32,000 nucleotides of DNA from positions 390,001-422,000 of the forward strand of contig NZ_CP179200.1 in assembly GCF_051201565.1 (NCBI RefSeq). Direction: 5' to 3'. This document shows positions 26,589-32,000 of this stretch, piece by piece (the stretch's first letter is position 1; every line of letters begins with the position of its first letter). The translations under genes and the position numbers were made by a program. A model generated the notes under the pieces. That model made no database searches. It was not told where the DNA came from and saw only the letters and a list, made by a program, of their open reading frames with translations. The stretch comes from Pseudothioglobus sp. nBUS_23. Lineage in GTDB: Bacteria > Pseudomonadota > Gammaproteobacteria > PS1 > Pseudothioglobaceae.

Positions 26589-28418
26589 TTTGGCTAAATT
26601 TCTTGGCTTGTCAACATCAGCTTCTCTAGACAAAGCAACATGATAGCTAAGTAATTGAAGAGGTATTGTAAAAATAATTGGGGCTGAAATTCTTCCAAGG
26701 TTTGAAGTAATTGGAATGACTTTCATTGAATCCATAGATTGAACTTTGGAGTTTTCATCTTCGAAAACTAACATCTTAGAGCCTCTTGACTTAACTTCTT
26801 GTAGATTCGATTTTAATTTTTCTAACAACTCATCATTTGGAGCAATTGCTATCACTGGCATATTTTTATCAATAAGTGCAATTGGGCCATGTTTCAATTC
26901 CCCTGCTGGATAAGCTTCGGCATGAATATAACTAATTTCTTTTAGTTTTAGTGCGCCCTCCATTGCAATAGCATACATAGTTCCTCTTCCTAAAAATAAA
27001 GCGCTGTTTTTATTTGTAAAGCTTTTAGCTAGTTGTTTTATCTGAGTTTCTTGAAGTAGAGCTTCATTAATAAGTCCAGGCAATTTTTTTAAACCATTAA
27101 CAATTTCTGACTCTTGCCTTCTACTGATATAGCCTTTTAATTTGCCAATCGAGCACATCAATAATGCTAAAGAAACTAACTGAGTAGTAAAAGCTTTAGT
27201 ACTAGCCACTCCAATTTCTGGACCAGCATGTGTTAAGAATGTTAAATCAGACAATCTAGTTAGGCTTGATTCTGCTGAGTTACTAATACAAAGAGACTTT
27301 AATGTGTTATTAATTTTTTTAGCAGCTTTCAGAGCCTCTAATGTATCTGCAGTTTCTCCACTTTGTGACAATGTTACAAAAAGAGTGTTATCTAAAAGAA
27401 TAGGTCGACGATATCGGTATTCACTAGCAATTTCAACATGACATGGAATTTTTGCAATGTCTTCAATCCAGTATTTTGCAACAAGTCCTGCATTGTAACT
27501 AGTTCCACAAGCAGCAATTTGAATTTGATCTATTGATCTAAAGATTTCATCTGCCTTATGACCAAAAGATGAAGAAATAACAGAATCATTAGTAATTCTT
27601 GATTCTAATGTATCTCTTATTGCTTGAGGTTGTTCAAAAATCTCTTTTTGCATGAAGTGATTAAAATTACCCTTATCAACCTGGCCAGCTTTAAGTTTGG
27701 ATTTTTGGACTGGACGATTCACTAATTTTCCATCCAAATCATAAATAGTAACTTTATCTAATTTAACTTCAGCAATATCACCTTCCTCAAGAAAGATAAA
27801 TTTGTTTGTTTTGGACAATAGGGCCATTTGATCTGAAGCAATATAGTTTCCATTTTCACTAATTCCAATTAATAAAGGAGAGCCTTTTCTTGCAGCAATT
27901 ATTTGATCTGGGTATTTTGATGAAATAACTCCAATCCCATACGAACCTTCAAAAGATTTAACTGCTTTCTGAACTGATTCTACAAGAGAAGAACCTAACT
28001 GCATTTCTGAATCAATTGAGTGCGCAATTACTTCTGTATCAGTTTCAGATTTGAATTCATAGCCTTGTTTTATTTGAATATTTTTTAATTCAAGATAATT
28101 CTCAATAATGCCATTATGAACTACACTGACAGTATTTTTTGATATATGCGGGTGAGCATTAAGGCTTGATGGTTCTCCATGAGTAGCCCATCTAGTATGA
28201 GCTATACCAATCTTTCCATTGATTTCTTTACTTCTAGATTTTAAGTTCATTTCTAGATTGCTAACTTTTCCAACTGATCTAGCTCGTTCAAATGAATTTT
28301 GTTTAGAAAGAACAATTAGGCCAGATGAATCATAGCCTCGATACTCTAAACGATTTAAACCTTCTAAAAGAAGCGGGGTAATATTTTGATCTGTAACACC
28401 GCCAACTATACCGCACAT
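26571..28418 (-). CDS. glmS: Glutamine--fructose-6-phosphate aminotransferase (isomerizing)
   Basis: It has the MCGIVG N-terminal nucleophile, two SIS domains, and the universally conserved C-terminus PRNLAKSVTVE, and is 615 aa long. Confidence 0.95.
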   Translation of the reverse strand: MCGIVGGVTDQNITPLLLEGLNRLEYRGYDSSGLIVLSKQNSFERARSVGKVSNLEMNLKSRSKEINGKIGIAHTRWATHGEPSSLNAHPHISKNTVSVVHNGIIENYLELKNIQIKQGYEFKSETDTEVIAHSIDSEMQLGSSLVESVQKAVKSFEGSYGIGVISSKYPDQIIAARKGSPLLIGISENGNYIASDQMALLSKTNKFIFLEEGDIAEVKLDKVTIYDLDGKLVNRPVQKSKLKAGQVDKGNFNHFMQKEIFEQPQAIRDTLESRITNDSVISSSFGHKADEIFRSIDQIQIAACGTSYNAGLVAKYWIEDIAKIPCHVEIASEYRYRRPILLDNTLFVTLSQSGETADTLEALKAAKKINNTLKSLCISNSAESSLTRLSDLTFLTHAGPEIGVASTKAFTTQLVSLALLMCSIGKLKGYISRRQESEIVNGLKKLPGLINEALLQETQIKQLAKSFTNKNSALFLGRGTMYAIAMEGALKLKEISYIHAEAYPAGELKHGPIALIDKNMPVIAIAPNDELLEKLKSNLQEVKSRGSKMLVFEDENSKVQSMDSMKVIPITSNLGRISAPIIFTIPLQLLSYHVALSREADVDKPRNLAKSVTVE

Positions 28419-28545
28419 ATTTAATATTGATATGAATAAGCTTAATATTATAGTTAATTATGAAACATGAGCATGTTCATAACTCAGGCTTTAATAAATA
28501 TTCTTAGATTTTGATTGTTTAAGCAATTTATGGTTTTAGCCTATA

Positions 28546-29382
28546 ATGAGAATCATAATGAAAGCTGATTTACATAATCATTCATACTTTTCTGATGGCT
28601 TTCTATCGCCCAGAGATATTGTAAAGCTTGCAAGCGATGCAAATTGTGATTTGTTTGCACTAACTGACCATGATAGCACTAATGGCATTGTTGAAGCAAA
28701 GTCTGAAGCCGATAAATTAGGTACCAACCTTGTTAATGGTGTGGAGATATCTGCATTTTGGCGAAATAGCGCTATACATATTGTAGGTTTAGGAATAGAT
28801 ATAGATAATGACGAGCTTCAAACAGGCTTAGAGTTTAATCAAACATTACGTAAGGAAAGGGCTAAAAAAATAGCTCTTGGATTATGGCGATCCGGCATAA
28901 AAGATGCATTAGAAAAAGCCCAAATGTTGAGTGGTGGTCATATGCTTACAAGAACGCATTTTGCGCAAATGTTAATTAGTGAAGGCTATTGTAAGGACAT
29001 GAAGTCAGTCTTTAGAAGATATTTGACAGGTAGAAAACCTGGAGGAGTGAGGGTTGAATGGAAGGATTTTAAAGAAGTCATTAAATGGGTGCAATCCTCT
29101 GGAGGTAAAGCTTTAATTGCACATCCTTTCAGATATCGAATGACTCATACTAAAATAAAAAATATGCTCATTGACTTTAAAGAAGCAAATGGAGATGGTA
29201 TTGAAGTTATAAATGCTAATAGCTCTGATCAAGAAATTTCTCTTGGAAATCAATGGATTGAAGAATACGATTTACTTGCATCAGTTGGTTCAGATTTTCA
29301 TGGATGGCCAAATCAGAGAGTTCAAATTGGTAATTTAGCTGAACTGACAAATAATAGCAGGGCTATTTGGAGCTATTTGTAA
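28546..29382 (+). CDS. trpH: PHP-domain phosphoesterase (TrpH/YciV, RNase AM family)
   Basis: The sequence ADLHNHSYFSDG...ALTDHDSTNG is the PHP metal-binding signature. It lies immediately upstream of yciO, as in enterobacteria. The start could instead be the ATG at 28558. Confidence 0.8.
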   Translation: MRIIMKADLHNHSYFSDGFLSPRDIVKLASDANCDLFALTDHDSTNGIVEAKSEADKLGTNLVNGVEISAFWRNSAIHIVGLGIDIDNDELQTGLEFNQTLRKERAKKIALGLWRSGIKDALEKAQMLSGGHMLTRTHFAQMLISEGYCKDMKSVFRRYLTGRKPGGVRVEWKDFKEVIKWVQSSGGKALIAHPFRYRMTHTKIKNMLIDFKEANGDGIEVINANSSDQEISLGNQWIEEYDLLASVGSDFHGWPNQRVQIGNLAELTNNSRAIWSYL

Positions 29383-29996
29383 TGGCATTGATTCTTGATA
29401 TTCATCCAATAAGCCCTCAAATGAGGTTAATTACTAAAGTCACAGAAACAGTTGAAAAGGGTGGAGTTATTGCCTATCCAACAGATTCAGGATATGCCTT
29501 AGGGTGTGCTCTTGGAAATAAAACTGCGATGGAGAGAATAGTAAAGATTAGAAAATTAAAAAGACATCATCACTTTACTTTAATGCTAAAAGACTTGTCT
29601 CATGTTGGAGAATATGCAAAGCTGAATAATTCAGGTTTTAGGTTGTTAAAAAAAATACTTCCTGGGGCTTATACATTTATTCTTGAAGGTGCTAAGGATA
29701 TACCAAATCGTCTTCTCAATGGCAATCGAAAGACAATCGGAGTTAGGGTTTCAAGTAATATGATAGTTCAGGCAATTCTAGGGGGCTTGGAAGATCCTTT
29801 GATGAGTGTATCCCTCATAATGCAGGGGTATGAATTCTATAATGGTAATGATGTAAAGACAGTTTTGAGCAATTCAATTGATCTGATTATTGACTCAGGA
29901 CACTGTCCTCCAGAGCCAACTTCAGTAATTGATATCTCTGAAGATGAAATATTAATTTTGAGAGAGGGTGCAGGAAGCCTTGAATCTATAATCTAA
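29382..29996 (+). CDS. yciO: YciO/Sua5/YrdC-family (L-threonylcarbamoyladenylate synthase-like) protein
   Basis: The sequence IHPISPQMRLITKVTETVEKGGVIAYPTDSGYALGC closely parallels the YciO N-terminus. I prefer the ATG at 29382, which overlaps the trpH stop (TAATG), over the ORF-track start at 29367. Confidence 0.8.
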   Translation: MALILDIHPISPQMRLITKVTETVEKGGVIAYPTDSGYALGCALGNKTAMERIVKIRKLKRHHHFTLMLKDLSHVGEYAKLNNSGFRLLKKILPGAYTFILEGAKDIPNRLLNGNRKTIGVRVSSNMIVQAILGGLEDPLMSVSLIMQGYEFYNGNDVKTVLSNSIDLIIDSGHCPPEPTSVIDISEDEILILREGAGSLESII

Positions 29997-30001
29997 ATGG
30001 C

Positions 30002-30039
30002 TTGTATTTATAATGTAATTACAATATAATTACATTATG
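30002..30039 (+). promoter_or_regulatory. Putative mazE promoter and operator
   Basis: A perfect 10-bp inverted repeat (taatgtaatt at 30011-30020, aattacatta at 30028-30037) has a 7-nt spacer. An internal palindrome tgtaattaca lies at 30014-30023. The direct repeats taattaca sit 11 bp apart. Promoter-like elements are ttgtat (30002-30007), a 17-nt spacer and tataat (30025-30030). The ATG is at 30037. Confidence 0.5.
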
Positions 30040-30243
30040 GCTAAAATCATTCAAATAGGCAATTCACAGGGTATCAGAATACCTAAGCCACTTATTGCAC
30101 TGGCTAATCTTGAGGGCAAAGAGCTTGAATATGTTGTGATGGATAGTGGTCTACTGATTACTCCAGAAAAAAAAGTTCGAGTGGGTTGGGAAAATGATAC
30201 TGATAATCTGAGCGTTGAATGGGAGTGGAGTAAGACCCCATGA
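30037..30243 (+). CDS. mazE: AbrB/MazE/SpoVT-fold antitoxin
   Basis: The sequence IIQIGNSQGIRIPKPLI is the swapped-hairpin antitoxin motif. The protein is 68 aa, and its stop overlaps the toxin start (ATGA). Confidence 0.75.
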   Translation: MAKIIQIGNSQGIRIPKPLIALANLEGKELEYVVMDSGLLITPEKKVRVGWENDTDNLSVEWEWSKTP

Positions 30244-30554
30244 GGCGCTTTGAAGTCTGGCTCATTATGAAAAATCCAGAATTTGGGCGTGTAGTTGATA
30301 ATCTTGGTCTGTGCACCATAGTCACTCCAGATGAGTTGAATAAACTGCCTAGTCTAATAGTTGCCCCTATGACTACATCATTTGAGTCAATACCCAGTCG
30401 AGTCGAATGCATTTTTGAAGGGGCAAAAGGATTCATCATGATTGATCAAATTAGAACGATAGAAAAATTATGCTTTATCAAAAAATTAGGAGAGCTTGAA
30501 AATGACGTTCAAATAAATTTATGTGATCGCTTTCAAGAGTTTTTTGCTTACTAA
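30240..30554 (+). CDS. mazF: PemK/MazF-family toxin (divergent)
   Basis: The sequences IVTPDELN...LIVAPMTTS...PSRV...IMIDQIRTIEK...IKKLGEL follow the MazF/PemK pattern. The protein is 104 aa and is coupled to the upstream antitoxin. Confidence 0.7.
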   Translation: MRRFEVWLIMKNPEFGRVVDNLGLCTIVTPDELNKLPSLIVAPMTTSFESIPSRVECIFEGAKGFIMIDQIRTIEKLCFIKKLGELENDVQINLCDRFQEFFAY

Positions 30555-30603
30555 CTAGGGCTGTGAGTATAATCATCTCATTTATAAATTATTCAACTTT
30601 GAA

Positions 30604-32000
30604 ATGAAAACTGCTGAAATACGTCAGAAATTTCTAACTTACTTTGAGAGTCATGGACATTCAATTCAGCAGAGCGCCCCTTTAGTTCCTCATAATGACA
30701 ATACTTTGCTTTTTGTTAATGCAGGAATGGTTCCTTTTAAAGATTTTTTTACAGGTGCTGCAAAGACACCCTTTAATAGGGCAGTTTCCTGTCAAAGATG
30801 CGTTAGAGCAGGTGGAAAACACAACGACCTAGATAATGTTGGATATACAGCCCGCCACCATACTTTTTTTGAAATGCTTGGCAACTTCAGTTTTGGTGAC
30901 TACTTTAAAAGTGAAGCTATACGTTTCTGCTGGGATTTTTTAACTGTAGAGCTTGGCCTTCCAAAAGATAAACTCTGGGTCAGTGTTTTTGAGGATGATG
31001 ATGAGGCTGCTAATATTTGGGTCAAAGAGATTGGCTTTCCTTTGGAAAGAATCTCTCGCTGCGGTGCAAAAGATAATTTTTGGCAAATGGGTGATACAGG
31101 GCCTTGCGGCCCTTGTAGTGAAGTCTTTTATGATCATGGAGATCATATAGAAGGTGGGCCACCTGGAACACCAGAGGAAGATGGCGACAGATTTATTGAG
31201 ATTTGGAATTTAGTCTTTATGCAATTTGACCGTCAGCAAGACGGCACCTTGGTTCCTTTAAAATCAACTGGAGTTGATACTGGAATGGGCCTTGAGAGGT
31301 TAGCTGCAGTGATTCAGCACGAAAATAATAATTATGATATCGATAGCTTTAAAGAATTAACGAATGCAGTTGCAGCACTAGTTCCAAACGAGCAAGGTAT
31401 CGAATCCACTCACGCATCAGTTAGAGTTATTGCTGACCATATCAGGTCAACTGCATTTATGATTGTTGATGGGATTAGCCCTTCAAATGAGGGAAGAGGT
31501 TATGTTCTAAGAAGAATTATTCGAAGGGCTATACGCCATGGGCACAAGTTGGGTATCAGTGAAATATTCTTCTACAAGTTGGTATCAGTACTTTCAAGCC
31601 AGAACAAGTTAGCCTATCCTGAACTTATTTCTAATCAGGGGCAAGTTGAGCAAACCCTCAAAAAAGAAGAGGAGCGTTTCATTCAAACTCTTGATACCGG
31701 AATGAGCATTCTTGAGAGTGCGATTGAAGATATTTCAGGAAGTGAAATTTCTGGTGAAGTGGCCTTTAAGCTTTACGATACTTATGGATTTCCTGTTGAT
31801 CTAACGGCTGATGTTGCTAGAGAGCGTGGTTTAACGATTGATATGTCAGGCTTTGATTCTGAAATGAATATTCAAAAAGAGCGTGCAAGAAAGGCTGGTG
31901 ACTTCGAATCCAAAAAATCATCAGTAGTTATAGAAAATCCAACAGAGTTTCTTGGTTATGACTACTTTGATAATAATGCTACTATTACTGCCATTATTAA
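30604..32000 (+). CDS. alaS: Alanine--tRNA ligase, N-terminal ~465 codons (runs off the window)
   Basis: I translated it manually. The sequence [19 protein letters not shown]...[40 protein letters not shown]...[12 protein letters not shown] is unmistakably AlaRS. Frame 1 stays open to base 32000, and the ORF is absent from the ORF track only because it has no stop. Confidence 0.95.
   Translation, partial: MKTAEIRQKFLTYFESHGHSIQQSAPLVPHNDNTLLFVNAGMVPFKDFFTGAAKTPFNRAVSCQRCVRAGGKHNDLDNVGYTARHHTFFEMLGNFSFGDYFKSEAIRFCWDFLTVELGLPKDKLWVSVFEDDDEAANIWVKEIGFPLERISRCGAKDNFWQMGDTGPCGPCSEVFYDHGDHIEGGPPGTPEEDGDRFIEIWNLVFMQFDRQQDGTLVPLKSTGVDTGMGLERLAAVIQHENNNYDIDSFKELTNAVAALVPNEQGIESTHASVRVIADHIRSTAFMIVDGISPSNEGRGYVLRRIIRRAIRHGHKLGISEIFFYKLVSVLSSQNKLAYPELISNQGQVEQTLKKEEERFIQTLDTGMSILESAIEDISGSEISGEVAFKLYDTYGFPVDLTADVARERGLTIDMSGFDSEMNIQKERARKAGDFESKKSSVVIENPTEFLGYDYFDNNATITAII

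Noticed and set aside
28419-28545. A glmS ribozyme or other structured leader upstream of glmS
   Set aside because: The 127-nt divergent glmS/trpH spacer is too short and too AT-rich for the glmS ribozyme core. Only a small imperfect palindrome is visible (atgaaacatg-ag-catgttcat, 28460-28480). It may be an operator, but it is not strong enough to call.
30940-31150. ORF-track entries 30940..31146 (-) and 30953..31150 (+)
   Set aside because: Both lie inside the clearly recognisable alaS reading frame (frame 1 from 30604), in other frames, so they are spurious.
1-32000. CRISPR arrays, tRNA or rRNA genes, and IS elements with terminal inverted repeats
   Set aside because: I saw no regularly spaced repeats, no cloverleaf-capable GC-rich segments in the few non-coding gaps, and no transposase-like ORFs.

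Overview
This is an AT-rich, gene-dense window (roughly one-third G+C by eye, not computed). The trpH-yciO adjacency together with glmS and alaS suggests a gammaproteobacterium with a streamlined genome, but this is inference only.

**1 to ~20.46 kb: a surface-glycan locus on the + strand.** Many gene junctions are ATGA or TAATG overlaps.
- The first block holds SDR epimerase/dehydratases and GT-B glycosyltransferases. It also holds a complete PglC/PglD/PglE/PglF-like set for a UDP-2,4-diacetamido-trideoxyhexose (bacillosamine-type) sugar and its initiating phosphoglycosyl transferase.
- An antisense galU follows.
- Next come rfbF-rfbG-rfbH (the CDP-3,6-dideoxyhexose core). They are coupled to an unusual five-gene extension: SDR, dehydroquinate-synthase-like enzyme, three-domain ThDP enzyme, HpcH-like aldolase, SDR.
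- GT10-like and GT2 transferases close the locus.
- No wzx, wzy, wzz or ABC exporter, and no E3 (DdhD) reductase, is present in the window.

**20.45 to 26.59 kb: an apparent insertion array at glmS.** Three direct copies of a bipartite module (ttaaccaat, then N23 or N34, then aaaactactcNacagt) are visible.
- The last copy is the genuine 3' end of glmS. The other two still read T-V-E-stop on the glmS strand.
- The copies delimit two ~3-kb cassettes. One is a single 852-aa SDR + cupin + sugar C-methyltransferase fusion gene. The other carries a recombinase-domain remnant, a small membrane protein and two secreted proteins that share one signal peptide.
- This looks like serial site-specific insertion at the glmS 3' end.

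**Right flank: housekeeping genes.** These are glmS (-), trpH, yciO and a 5' partial alaS. A mazEF-like toxin-antitoxin pair with a palindromic operator sits between yciO and alaS.

No rRNA, tRNA or CRISPR array was seen.
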